DNA of 64,000 bases. Origin: a virus. The translations under genes and the position numbers were made by a program. Of the stretch, positions 1 through 9,219 are shown piece after piece. How positions within the stretch are numbered: position 1 is the first letter of the stretch; every line of letters begins with the position of its first letter. Where the stretch lies: the IMG/VR virus record IMGVR_UViG_3300045738_002140, positions 32,001-96,000 of that record, one strand, 5' to 3'. Under the pieces are notes generated by a model that had not been told where the DNA came from, made no database searches, and saw only the letters and a list, made by a program, of their open reading frames with translations.

Positions 1-1729
1 GTAGTACCTCAAAGTTTTTCTTGTTTGTCGCAACATAAAGATTATAATCTGGGTATTGTTCTCTTAAGGATTTAAAAAGGCTTGTCGAGAGAAAGACGTC
101 CCCTATGCTGTCGGGCATAACGTACAGCATCCTTTTGCCTTCGTCGTCTTTGTCGAGGATTTCCTCAAATTTCATTTCTTTTTTACTCTCTTCGTCTTGG
201 GCGACTTTTCTGAAGTAGTTTTCTACGTCTGCCCTTGTTCTTCCTTTAGAAATTTCTTGTGTCCAGTACTTGTGTCCTTCGTCGGCTTCGTCTACTTTCA
301 TGTTTAGTATGTGTTCGTACAAGTAGATTAACCATTTGTCGTCTTCTTTTATTTCTGGTATAACTGCTGTGGGGTCTTTGGGTCTTCCCTTTATGGGGAA
401 ATCATATTTTACTAAATCGAATTTTTTTATTTCTTGCTCTATAAAATTGCCTATTGTCTTTGGGGAATAGTTGTCTAGTGTCCACTGTCTGGCTTTTTCT
501 CCCATCTCTCTTAGGGGTTTGGGCTTCATGAAATATACCTTACGTATATTTTTAGCTATAGCATATGGTTTTGTTGAAGCCTTGATGAACTCTGTGTTGT
601 GCTCTCTGTACTCTGCCCAGTCTAGGGCAAGTGACCCCGCTGGGCTTTCGCACATTTCTTCCCCGCAGCTATAGTCTGTTACTAGGGTAACTAGCTCTGT
701 AAGCTTGGCTTCTTGTATTGGTATTTCTTGTCCTCCCGATGTAAACGGGTGGCAGTATACATCCATAAGGTTATATACTTCATTAAGTTGTTCTTCTGTC
801 ACCCCCAAGCCTACGTTAGTAGTTCCTCTGCACTTTTTGTTTCCACAGCTATCGCAGTCTTGGTCTTGCCCTGTAAAGTTTTGTATTTTATATGAAAGAC
901 ATTGGTTGCATACATAGGTGGTGAATATTTCTTTTTTGTCTATTTTATATTCGTCTGATAAGCGCAGGATGTTCCACCCTTCTCCGAAATGAGTATGCAG
1001 CAAGAGTCCGGTGGGCCGTTTTTTGTCATAATATTTATCTTTCCAAATTTTATATCCCTCTAGAAGATTTGGCACAGATTTCCTTAGTTGATTTCTAAAA
1101 ACAAAACCAATCATGAAGATGTCCTGCGGGAGGCCATGTCTTTTCCTTAGCTCTTTTCTCTCGTTGTCTTTTAATCTAAAGAAATAAGAGTCATCTACTG
1201 CCCCGTGGACTGTCTTTACGTGTTTATGCCCTAGCTTGTGTAGGGCTTTTGTCGCGAAGTTTGACCATATCCAGTAGTTTTTTATTTTGGGGGCTTTTTC
1301 TATGGCCGATGGGAGTATGGGTAGGGAGTCTAGGGTTGTCCAAATCACAGAATTAATTTTATTAAACCAAGGCTTATCTATTGAAAAGTCAACACCCCAT
1401 ATATCTTGGGCAGCAATATATATGTCTGGCTTTTCTTGCTCGATCACCTTATCAAGATAATGCGCCCCGTAAGCAGCCATTCTGGCTACGTTTGGGTCTT
1501 TGTTGAGGTTTTTCAGTTCCTCTTGACTGTCCGGTAGGCACCCTAGAGATTGCCAAGGGGTTCTCGCTAGTTGTGGATTTGACCAATTTAACCCGCAGCA
1601 ATAATGAACTAGGTCGTACTTTCCTGTATTGTGAAGGTAAGTAAGAATGGCCTTCGCATTTCTGCCAAAGCCTGTCTTAGCAAGGGAAAAATCGCTTTGA
1701 AATACTATTTTCTTTTTTCTGTTGGACAT
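1..1729 (-). CDS. Glycosyltransferase (GT-B/GT4-like), 3'-truncated by the window edge
   Basis: Not in the ORF track because it has no stop in the window. ATG at 1729 gives MSNRKKKIVFQSDFSLAKTGFGRNAK...; later YCHPFTSGGQEIPIQEA resembles the GT4 donor-binding motif. Confidence 0.75.
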   Translation of the reverse strand, partial: MSNRKKKIVFQSDFSLAKTGFGRNAKAILTYLHNTGKYDLVHYCCGLNWSNPQLARTPWQSLGCLPDSQEELKNLNKDPNVARMAAYGAHYLDKVIEQEKPDIYIAAQDIWGVDFSIDKPWFNKINSVIWTTLDSLPILPSAIEKAPKIKNYWIWSNFATKALHKLGHKHVKTVHGAVDDSYFFRLKDNERKELRKRHGLPQDIFMIGFVFRNQLRKSVPNLLEGYKIWKDKYYDKKRPTGLLLHTHFGEGWNILRLSDEYKIDKKEIFTTYVCNQCLSYKIQNFTGQDQDCDSCGNKKCRGTTNVGLGVTEEQLNEVYNLMDVYCHPFTSGGQEIPIQEAKLTELVTLVTDYSCGEEMCESPAGSLALDWAEYREHNTEFIKASTKPYAIAKNIRKVYFMKPKPLREMGEKARQWTLDNYSPKTIGNFIEQEIKKFDLVKYDFPIKGRPKDPTAVIPEIKEDDKWLIYLYEHILNMKVDEADEGHKYWTQEISKGRTRADVENYFRKVAQDEESKKEMKFEEILDKDDEGKRMLYVMPDSIGDVFLSTSLFKSLREQYPDYNLYVATNKKNFEVL

Positions 1730-1732
1730 ATT

Positions 1733-2281
1733 CTACCACGGTATCCCGTCTCCTTCGTCGTCTTGTTTGTCGTCTTGTTTGTCTTCCTCTAGGTCTACGA
1801 CTTTAACGGGTTCTTCCTCTTCATTATTTTGAGGAAGAGTCATGGTTTTATCCAAAAAAACTTCTAAATCATGTCTTAGCACCCTTGCTTCTGGGAAGGT
1901 GAAGCCAATGACAAAGCCAGTTTTTGCTGTCGAATCTTCTTTCTCTTGTTTATTTATGGAGAAAGAAAAGCCAACCTGTTTACCATCTCTAAGATAAGGG
2001 CTAAATTTAATTTGGAGAACTTGATTCTGGCTACTGTGGTAGGCCGAGAATTCCCTGTTAGATTCTATTGAGTCTATGAACCCACCAACCTCCATTCTGG
2101 AGAGCTTGGTGATTACTCTTCCTTTGGGGTTTTCTTTGTTCTTGGAGAAGGAGCCTATCTTTCTTTCGCTGTTCCATGAGGCCTGTTTTATTAAAGACGA
2201 CATGACTGAGCCATCTCTATTAAGCCAAAATGAGCAAGCAGATCCGGTGTTCTTGGCGTTTGGTTTATAAAATTGTATCAT
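1733..2281 (-). CDS. Putative single-stranded DNA-binding protein
   Basis: Beta-rich body plus acidic tail ending DDEGDGIPW, like the SSB tip DDDIPF; next to the replication genes. Confidence 0.5.
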   Translation of the reverse strand: MIQFYKPNAKNTGSACSFWLNRDGSVMSSLIKQASWNSERKIGSFSKNKENPKGRVITKLSRMEVGGFIDSIESNREFSAYHSSQNQVLQIKFSPYLRDGKQVGFSFSINKQEKEDSTAKTGFVIGFTFPEARVLRHDLEVFLDKTMTLPQNNEEEEPVKVVDLEEDKQDDKQDDEGDGIPW

Positions 2282-2302
2282 ACTTAATAATATCAGGTTT
2301 AC

Positions 2303-3214
2303 TTAGAATGTCAACTCATTTCTTAAATAATCTTTAAGTTTTTTTGTGGCTTTCCAGCCAAGTATTTTTTTCGCTTTTGTTACGTCTGCGAGCGTATGTC
2401 TTGCTTCGCCAACTCTTGTTTCAATATGTTCTTTTTCGCCACCAATCATTTCGGCTAAGCTGTTTACGCTATACGATACGCCTGAGCCTATGTTGAATAC
2501 CTCTCCAAAGGCTTTTTTATTTTCAGTCATGAGGGCAAGGATGTTTGCGTTTACTACGTCTTCGACGTGGGTGAAGTCTCTGGTTTGTTCCCCGTCTCCT
2601 ACTACCGTCATGGGCGTACCGCCTTTATGTTGCTCTAGGAATAAGCCAACAACTGGAGCGTAGAGCCCCTTGAGCGGCTGCCTGTCTCCATAGACATTAA
2701 AGTACCTAAACACTATCGTTTCTAAGCCGCAGGAATCATTAAAAAATTTACATAAATTTTCTGATGCCAGCTTGCTTATAGAATAGGGGTTTAAGCAGTC
2801 CGTGGGCATGTCTTCTATAAGTGGTGGATCATTTTTTAGTCCGTATACAGAAGACGTAGATGAAAATACAAACCTCTTGACCCCGTTGTCTTTGCATGCC
2901 TGTAGCAAATTAGCGGTTCCTACGTAGTTTACTATGCAAACCTTGACGGGGTCATCTATGCTTTTTTGTATTCTTGCTTCGGCAGCTAGGTGAATCACAG
3001 CGTCTGGCTTTTCTCTGAGAAAAAGATGCTTGATGCCGTCTTGATGTTCTATGCTATTAAATAAATTTTTTACGCCACGCTTTTTCCAATAAAACTTTTC
3101 GTTTGACTCTGCGGATTCATTATCTACGCAAACAACATCATGGCCATCTTCATAAAGTCGGTCAACAATATGGCTGCCTATGAACCCCGCACCACCTGTA
3201 ACTATTATTTTCAT
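2303..3214 (-). CDS. NAD-dependent epimerase/dehydratase (UDP-glucose 4-epimerase-like)
   Basis: TGGAGFIG, YSISK (YxxxK), RYFNVYG, RDFTHV motifs. Confidence 0.92.
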   Translation of the reverse strand: MKIIVTGGAGFIGSHIVDRLYEDGHDVVCVDNESAESNEKFYWKKRGVKNLFNSIEHQDGIKHLFLREKPDAVIHLAAEARIQKSIDDPVKVCIVNYVGTANLLQACKDNGVKRFVFSSTSSVYGLKNDPPLIEDMPTDCLNPYSISKLASENLCKFFNDSCGLETIVFRYFNVYGDRQPLKGLYAPVVGLFLEQHKGGTPMTVVGDGEQTRDFTHVEDVVNANILALMTENKKAFGEVFNIGSGVSYSVNSLAEMIGGEKEHIETRVGEARHTLADVTKAKKILGWKATKKLKDYLRNELTF

Positions 3215-5853
3215 TCTTTAAGCTCGGATAATTTAGTATATATTTTTAAATCTTGAATTGTCATTTTGTCAGCAAAGACCACTCCATCTTTTTTTGAGCC
3301 CGCCACATAAACAATATTGTTTTCTTTAGGAAGTGCCCCGTTGGAGTCTTTGCATTGGGATAAAAGTTTTCTGTTTTTTGTGTCAAAAATCATTACCTGC
3401 ATGTGGCCCGTCTCGTCAGAGACTGTGCATTTATAATAATCATTACCGTTTTTTGAGGTTCCTTTCCAATTTTTTTTGCCTACATACCCAACAAATTTTG
3501 TTCTAGCGCTATCTTGCATGTCTTCTAGGTCAGAAATATAATTTAAATTTAATATTTCTGATTGAAAAATAGAGCGAAGAGATTGTCCGTGAGTATATCC
3601 AAGTAATTTATTTTCATAATACCAATTAGCAAAATTTTCATATTTGCTATTTTGTCTATATATTTGAACGTATGGTATATATTTTCTCTTGATAGTATTA
3701 TATCTGGATTCTTTTATAAAGGGTTTTTCGTCTCCTTCCTGCGGAGTCTTTAATATGTTTATGATATTGATAAGGTCATTGTCTTTTTTAGACGCTAAGG
3801 CTAAGCACCTTTGCTTTTCCCTGTTCGTAAGAATTTTCCATAGCTGAGACTCTAGTACGACCTTGCTTCTAGACTGAGAGTAGCCCCCCTCTAGGGCTCC
3901 GGCCTGTATGAGCGCTGACAGTGTTCCTATGTTGAGGTTAGCTTCCTCTGCTGATTGAAAAATTTCAAATTTATTTGTATATTCCTCTTCTGGTCTGAAC
4001 TTTTTAATTTTGTCCATTGATTTCTCTGATATGCCCTTTATCGAAAGAAGCCCAAACCTTATGTCGTTTCCTTCAATAAAGAAGTCGTCTTTTGATTTAA
4101 CTATATGTGGCCTTAAGAGCCTCATACCAAAAGAATAAAGTTCTTTTTGTACATAAGAAATTTCCTCCGTTGAGTCTGGCTCGTGCTTGGTCATTCTAAG
4201 TAGCTCCAAGAAAAATTCTTTTGGGTAATTAAACTTAAGATAAACCGTAATCGCCGAAAGGGCAGCGTAGGCTATCGAGTGAGACTTGTTAAATGAATAA
4301 TTTGCAGAGTCCTCTAGCACCTTCCAGAGTATGTCTCCGATTTTTTCGTCTAGTTTGTTATCTTCTATCTTTTGTTTGATTTTTTTCTTCCACTTGCGGA
4401 CTTCGGACACCTTTTTCTTGCCCACGATTCGCCTTAGCATTTCCGCTTCGTCTAAGGTGAATCCAACTTTGTTGGCCATTTTCATTAGCTGTTCTTGGTA
4501 TAGCGCCACGCCACCTGTTGACGACAAAATGTCATCAAAGAAGGGGTGTATGGCTTCGTATTCTGCGCCGTTCGCCCAGTCAGCATATGTTTGTTCAAAC
4601 TGTAATGCGCCGGGTCTAGCTATGGCCAACACGGCGCTAAGTTGTTCTAGATTTTTGGGCTTAATGTTTTTGCACACTTTGTATGCCACATCTGCTTCTA
4701 TCTGAAAAAGCCCATGCTTGGACCTTAGGTCTTGAAGGTGTGAGTATATTTTATCATATGATTTTTTATTGTCTCCGTTTACATAGTCGAGAAGGTCTTC
4801 TTTTTTGACACCTATCCTTTTGCACACCTTAGCGACAACGGATACGCACCTTAGTCCTAGTACGTCTAGCTTTACATTGAACAGGGACATCCAATTCATG
4901 TCGTATGAAGAAACAGTGCTTATCTTATCTGAACATAGCTCGGTTGGGCAAGTGTCTTCTAGGTCGTCGTACGAAAGAGCAATGGCTGACGGGTGTACGC
5001 TTTTGTTTTTAATTAGATTTCTTAACTTAAGGGCTATTGAATAAACTTCGTCATGTTCCTCGCACCACTCTTTGAATTCTGGAACTTCTGAGTACGCCTG
5101 TTCTATGTCTGTAACGTTTCCATAGATTTTAGGGATCATGGAGGACACCCTGTTCATCTCAGACTCGTTAAGCGGAATACCTATGTCTCCCTTAGACGTA
5201 TGCCCTGCTATTTTGCCGCATTCTTTTATTAAAAGTTTTGAGCTAAGCGTGTTTAGGGTTAATATTTTTGAGGTTTTCCCTTTGAACTTTGTCCCTAGGT
5301 GGTCTAGGACCTTGTGTCTGTCGTAATAACAGATGTCTAAATCAATGTCAGCCATGAGTGATCCATCTAGATATACAACTCCGTCATGTACTTCTTTTTT
5401 GGCTCTAACTTTTGAAACAAACCTTTCAAAAAATAGTCCGTGCTTAATTGGGTCAATTCCCGTTACTTCAATTAAATAAAGTATAAGGCTTCCTGCGGCG
5501 CTTCCTCTTCCTAGCCCTTTTTCGATGTTGTTTTTATCACAAAAGCGACACACATACCACACTAAAAGAATATAATCAATGAAATCTAAATCTTTTAAGG
5601 TTTCGAGTTCGTGCTTTGCTCGATCCCTGTAAGCTTTGATTTCGCTTTTCTTTAGCTTGGGAGCAACTTTTTCTTTAAATGTTTTGGCCGAAAGGATGCG
5701 AAGGAAGTCGTAGTTGGTGCAATCTTCGCTTGCTCCTATAGCTCTTTTCTCTTCGAGGTCTATTTGGAATGAGGGCAACCTAACCCCGTGCATGGGAAAG
5801 GAATACCCTTTTAATTTTTTATCCAGTGTATTGTTCAAATTTCTATTTGCCAT
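3211..5853 (-). CDS. dnaE: DNA polymerase III alpha catalytic core lacking the N-terminal PHP domain
   Basis: GRGSAAGS, FERF, DIDLD, KLDVLGL, YQEQLM, YSFNKSH motifs; C-terminal OB fold. Confidence 0.95.
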   Translation of the reverse strand: MANRNLNNTLDKKLKGYSFPMHGVRLPSFQIDLEEKRAIGASEDCTNYDFLRILSAKTFKEKVAPKLKKSEIKAYRDRAKHELETLKDLDFIDYILLVWYVCRFCDKNNIEKGLGRGSAAGSLILYLIEVTGIDPIKHGLFFERFVSKVRAKKEVHDGVVYLDGSLMADIDLDICYYDRHKVLDHLGTKFKGKTSKILTLNTLSSKLLIKECGKIAGHTSKGDIGIPLNESEMNRVSSMIPKIYGNVTDIEQAYSEVPEFKEWCEEHDEVYSIALKLRNLIKNKSVHPSAIALSYDDLEDTCPTELCSDKISTVSSYDMNWMSLFNVKLDVLGLRCVSVVAKVCKRIGVKKEDLLDYVNGDNKKSYDKIYSHLQDLRSKHGLFQIEADVAYKVCKNIKPKNLEQLSAVLAIARPGALQFEQTYADWANGAEYEAIHPFFDDILSSTGGVALYQEQLMKMANKVGFTLDEAEMLRRIVGKKKVSEVRKWKKKIKQKIEDNKLDEKIGDILWKVLEDSANYSFNKSHSIAYAALSAITVYLKFNYPKEFFLELLRMTKHEPDSTEEISYVQKELYSFGMRLLRPHIVKSKDDFFIEGNDIRFGLLSIKGISEKSMDKIKKFRPEEEYTNKFEIFQSAEEANLNIGTLSALIQAGALEGGYSQSRSKVVLESQLWKILTNREKQRCLALASKKDNDLINIINILKTPQEGDEKPFIKESRYNTIKRKYIPYVQIYRQNSKYENFANWYYENKLLGYTHGQSLRSIFQSEILNLNYISDLEDMQDSARTKFVGYVGKKNWKGTSKNGNDYYKCTVSDETGHMQVMIFDTKNRKLLSQCKDSNGALPKENNIVYVAGSKKDGVVFADKMTIQDLKIYTKLSELKE

Positions 5854-6473
5854 TTAAGTTTATCCCATACTTTTACGTTAAGGTCTAGGTCATAAAGTGC
5901 ATCATGTCTTTTCGTCTTGTCTACGAAAATATCAAAATCTTTAGATAGGGCGTCTAGGTTCGTTTTTATGCCCTTCGTTCTCTTGTGGTTCATCCTGTAC
6001 TGGTACTCCACAAGGGACTCTTTTCCGTCGTAAAAGATCCCGTTTTTTATCCCTTTTGCTAGAGCATTAGTGTCTATGAGCTTTGGCAAAAGATGCTTCC
6101 AATCTTTCCCCATGTATTGATAATAATCTTTTATTAAAAAAATGTCAAAGCCTATGATGTTATGCCCTAGGATATGGTCCGCCTCGTCCAGCCAGCTTTG
6201 CATTGTTGGAAAAATCTCTTCTGGGCTGAGCCCTTTTTCTTTGATTACCTTCGGGTTGTAGTTCGTTATTCTTGCTGCTTCGCTGCCAATTTTTAAATCT
6301 GTATCCCATTTAATGAAGAAGTTTTTTTCGGCTATTTTTTTCTTTCCTTTTATCTTTATCATTGCTACTTGCCACGGCAAGTTGTGGACAAAGCTAAGGC
6401 ATAGGTTGAAAGTCTCTAGGTCTATAAAGACCAAGGTCTTGTCTTCGTCAAATCTCAAAAGATGCTCGTCCAT
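5835..6473 (-). CDS. DnaQ-like DEDDh 3'-5' exonuclease
   Basis: DLET (ExoI), HNIIGFD (ExoII), HDALYD (ExoIII). Confidence 0.9.
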   Translation of the reverse strand: MDEHLLRFDEDKTLVFIDLETFNLCLSFVHNLPWQVAMIKIKGKKKIAEKNFFIKWDTDLKIGSEAARITNYNPKVIKEKGLSPEEIFPTMQSWLDEADHILGHNIIGFDIFLIKDYYQYMGKDWKHLLPKLIDTNALAKGIKNGIFYDGKESLVEYQYRMNHKRTKGIKTNLDALSKDFDIFVDKTKRHDALYDLDLNVKVWDKLKWQIEI

Positions 6474-7225
6474 TATTTTTCTTTCCAGCTTTCAAAGCAG
6501 AATTCCTTTGAGGTCATATGGTCAAAGTTTGGTCTATCTAGGGTTGTCCTTTTACTTATGCACCTAAAAGTAAGATAGGACTTAAAATCGTCCCTAAGGT
6601 TATAGTATATACTTTTGGCGTCAAGTATCTCATATTTTCCTTTGCAAAAATTTAGTATTTTTTCTTTTATAAAAACGTCTATAAAATTTTCATTATCTTC
6701 CTTGAAGAAAATGGGCTCAGTGAAGTCAAAATCGGGCTTACAAATAGAATCGTAAAGCGAATTCTTGTGGAGAAAAGAGTCATAGAAGGGAACGCAAAGC
6801 GTAACGTGCTTGTCGTCCCACATCTCTTTTAAATTTTTAAAATCGATTCTAGGCTCATAATAAAAACCTACCTTGGCTGCTAATGTATAAATTTTTATTA
6901 GCCTTTTATACCCTTCGTCATCGTTGGCGAAGATAACGTATTTACAAGACCTATGCAGTTCCTCTGCGTTTTTGGCAGACATGTCATTGCAAATAGTAAT
7001 CCTCAAACCAAAGTTAAACTTAAGCTTTTCGGAAGAAGAGTTCTTGTATGCCTGCAAAAAACCACTCATATTATCTTCTACTAAATGGAAGACTCCTAGG
7101 TCATTCTTTTTGGCTATACTTATTATGGAGTCTGGGCCGGTTTCTTGCTCGTCCTCTGGGCTCTCTAGGGTCAGTATGCTCTTGCCTAGGGAGTAGTGAC
7201 TTTTGAATAGCGGCAAGACGGACAT
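6473..7225 (-). CDS. Stand-alone PHP domain homologous to the DnaE N-terminus
   Basis: KSHYSLGKSI..., EDNMSGF, FGLRI, VIFANDDEGYKRLIKI parallel the DnaE PHP motifs. Confidence 0.8.
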   Translation of the reverse strand: MSVLPLFKSHYSLGKSILTLESPEDEQETGPDSIISIAKKNDLGVFHLVEDNMSGFLQAYKNSSSEKLKFNFGLRITICNDMSAKNAEELHRSCKYVIFANDDEGYKRLIKIYTLAAKVGFYYEPRIDFKNLKEMWDDKHVTLCVPFYDSFLHKNSLYDSICKPDFDFTEPIFFKEDNENFIDVFIKEKILNFCKGKYEILDAKSIYYNLRDDFKSYLTFRCISKRTTLDRPNFDHMTSKEFCFESWKEK

Positions 7226-7232
7226 CTACTAA

Positions 7233-7260
7233 ATAGTAACCTATAAATAAAAAAAGTCAA
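7233..7260 (-). promoter_or_regulatory. Sigma70-type promoter, probably leaderless
   Basis: TTGACT-16-TACTAT, then 7 nt to the ATG at 7225. Confidence 0.65.
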
Positions 7261-7262
7261 GC

Positions 7263-8300
7263 CTAAAAATCGAAAGGGTCTTTTCCTTGCTTGTGTGCGG
7301 GGCATCCATCGTAGTGTTTTTTATGTATGGACTGCTCTTTCTTTGGCTTGGGTAGCTCTTCCTCGCTTAGGGCGCTGGAGACTATGTTGTTGTCTTTATC
7401 CGTAAGAATATAATACTCAAAATCGAATTTAAATGGACAGTGCCACATAAGCGCCCCGTTCTTCTTAAGCTGGCCCTTTCTTTTGGCGAAACCACAATTA
7501 AGCGGCCCCTTGAAGCCTCCGTTTTTCGGGGGCATGGGCTGATCTGAGGCAAAGTTAGTTTCAGCTACGTCACTATTAAAATTATTTATAATTTTAAAAA
7601 CATGAGACAAGTAGTATTCTAACCCATTAAGCTGTGACTCCTTAAAGTTAAGTTCTTGAACGGGTTTTCTGGGAAATTTAAGGAAAAGAAAATTAATTAC
7701 AGGCTTGAGCTTGGGCCAGATCTTTGTCGCGGCTAGGCTGTAGATTAGCCCTTGAAGGTTGGAGTCTAGGTCTTCTCCTGCGAATTTTCTCTTACTTGTT
7801 TTGTAGTCTGATATTACGATTTTTTTATCTTTGTCGTAGGTCGCTGTTTTGTCCATGTAGCCCATCACTTTGTACGGTGGGTCTTCGTTTTCTATGAGAA
7901 ATTCGTACTCTGGTTCAAGAAGCTTGCCCCCTTTGCAGAAAAAATCATTTTTAAGTGCTACGAGGATCATGTCGCTGCAAAGCTCGTAGTGGTCTTCCTC
8001 TAGCAGAAGCTGCTCTCCTTCATTTGAGGTCAGGAGTTCGTGCTTTTTGAGGAATTTTCTTACTATTTTGTCTACTGGTTTGCTTGCTTTTATGTGCCCT
8101 TCTTTGGTTATTGAATTAAAGTGTTTTTTGTGCCTTTTTTTAAGCAAAAGTTCTAAGATAAGGTGGCACACAGTGCCCCGTAATGCGCCAGAATTGCCCT
8201 TCTCAGGCAGTTTGAGGTAGTATTTGCACCAATACAGCCAAGAGCACGACTCAAGGGTCTTTATGCGCGATGCAGATAGTATGCTTTCTTTTTTATTCAT
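7263..8300 (-). CDS. PD-(D/E)XK exonuclease, Cas4/AddB-like
   Basis: LSASRIKTLESC, GTVCHLILE, GYMD...ISDYKT, Q..IY motifs; C-terminal cysteines. Confidence 0.85.
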   Translation of the reverse strand: MNKKESILSASRIKTLESCSWLYWCKYYLKLPEKGNSGALRGTVCHLILELLLKKRHKKHFNSITKEGHIKASKPVDKIVRKFLKKHELLTSNEGEQLLLEEDHYELCSDMILVALKNDFFCKGGKLLEPEYEFLIENEDPPYKVMGYMDKTATYDKDKKIVISDYKTSKRKFAGEDLDSNLQGLIYSLAATKIWPKLKPVINFLFLKFPRKPVQELNFKESQLNGLEYYLSHVFKIINNFNSDVAETNFASDQPMPPKNGGFKGPLNCGFAKRKGQLKKNGALMWHCPFKFDFEYYILTDKDNNIVSSALSEEELPKPKKEQSIHKKHYDGCPAHKQGKDPFDF

Positions 8301-9219
8301 TACAGTTTGCCTCGTTCGCCCACTCTTCGATCTCTTGGTCGTTCATTTCCCCAAAGTCCTTTTGCTGTGGGAGGTGAACGGAGACCTGATCGGGGTCAAA
8401 ATACTTAAGCATTTTTTTGTGCACTTTTCGGGCCGCTTCGTTGCCTGCGTTGTTGTTTTCGGAGTCGTTATTAAATGCAACAATGATTTTGCTCATGTCA
8501 AATTTCAAGAAAGTATTAATCATAGACACGCTAACGTCTAGGCCAAACGTGACCATAACATTATGGTGTCCGCACGTCCATAATGCCAACATATCTCCTA
8601 TGCTTTCTACTAGGATAACTTTCTTTTTGTTTCTTATAATCTTGTGGTTAAAAAACAAGGGGTAATTCCATTTGCTTTTATCTCCGTAGTGTTTCCATTT
8701 TGGAATCTTGGAGCCCTCTTCTATTTTGTGTAGATATCTACCGCTTATTCCTATTAGTTCTTCTTTCCAGTTAAAGATGGGAAAAACATATCTGTCTTTC
8801 ATTTTGCCTTTTTCCGTCATCTCTCCGCCTCTAAAAATTCTAACGATTTCTTCTGGCACTCCTCTGTCTATCCAGTATTTGTGTCTAGGTAAAATTTTAT
8901 CTAGTGGTTCTTTTGAGAAGACTCTTTGGGTTCTAATCTTCGGTTGATGCTTCTGTACCTTGTCGTCGCTTTCTCCGTGTCCGTTGGATAGCCATTTCTT
9001 TGCCTCTTCTGCGCTCTTGAGCTTGAGCGAGAGCTTGACTAGATCGTGAAAAGATCCGCTAATGTTCTTGCTAAAATCTATGAAGTAGCCGCTGTCTTTT
9101 CTTACGCTTAAAACAGTATTGCTACTTGAATCCCTGTATATGGGCTTCATTCTTAGCTCTCTTCCATTGTCTATGATGTTGGAGTAGCCAATTTCACTTA
9201 ATATGTTTTTATAATCCAT
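8293..9219 (-). CDS. dnaG: DNA primase (TOPRIM)
   Basis: RYVFPIFN...GISGR, VILVESIGD, AFNND..GNEAA, KDFGE; directly downstream of the helicase. Confidence 0.85.
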   Translation of the reverse strand: MDYKNILSEIGYSNIIDNGRELRMKPIYRDSSSNTVLSVRKDSGYFIDFSKNISGSFHDLVKLSLKLKSAEEAKKWLSNGHGESDDKVQKHQPKIRTQRVFSKEPLDKILPRHKYWIDRGVPEEIVRIFRGGEMTEKGKMKDRYVFPIFNWKEELIGISGRYLHKIEEGSKIPKWKHYGDKSKWNYPLFFNHKIIRNKKKVILVESIGDMLALWTCGHHNVMVTFGLDVSVSMINTFLKFDMSKIIVAFNNDSENNNAGNEAARKVHKKMLKYFDPDQVSVHLPQQKDFGEMNDQEIEEWANEANCNE

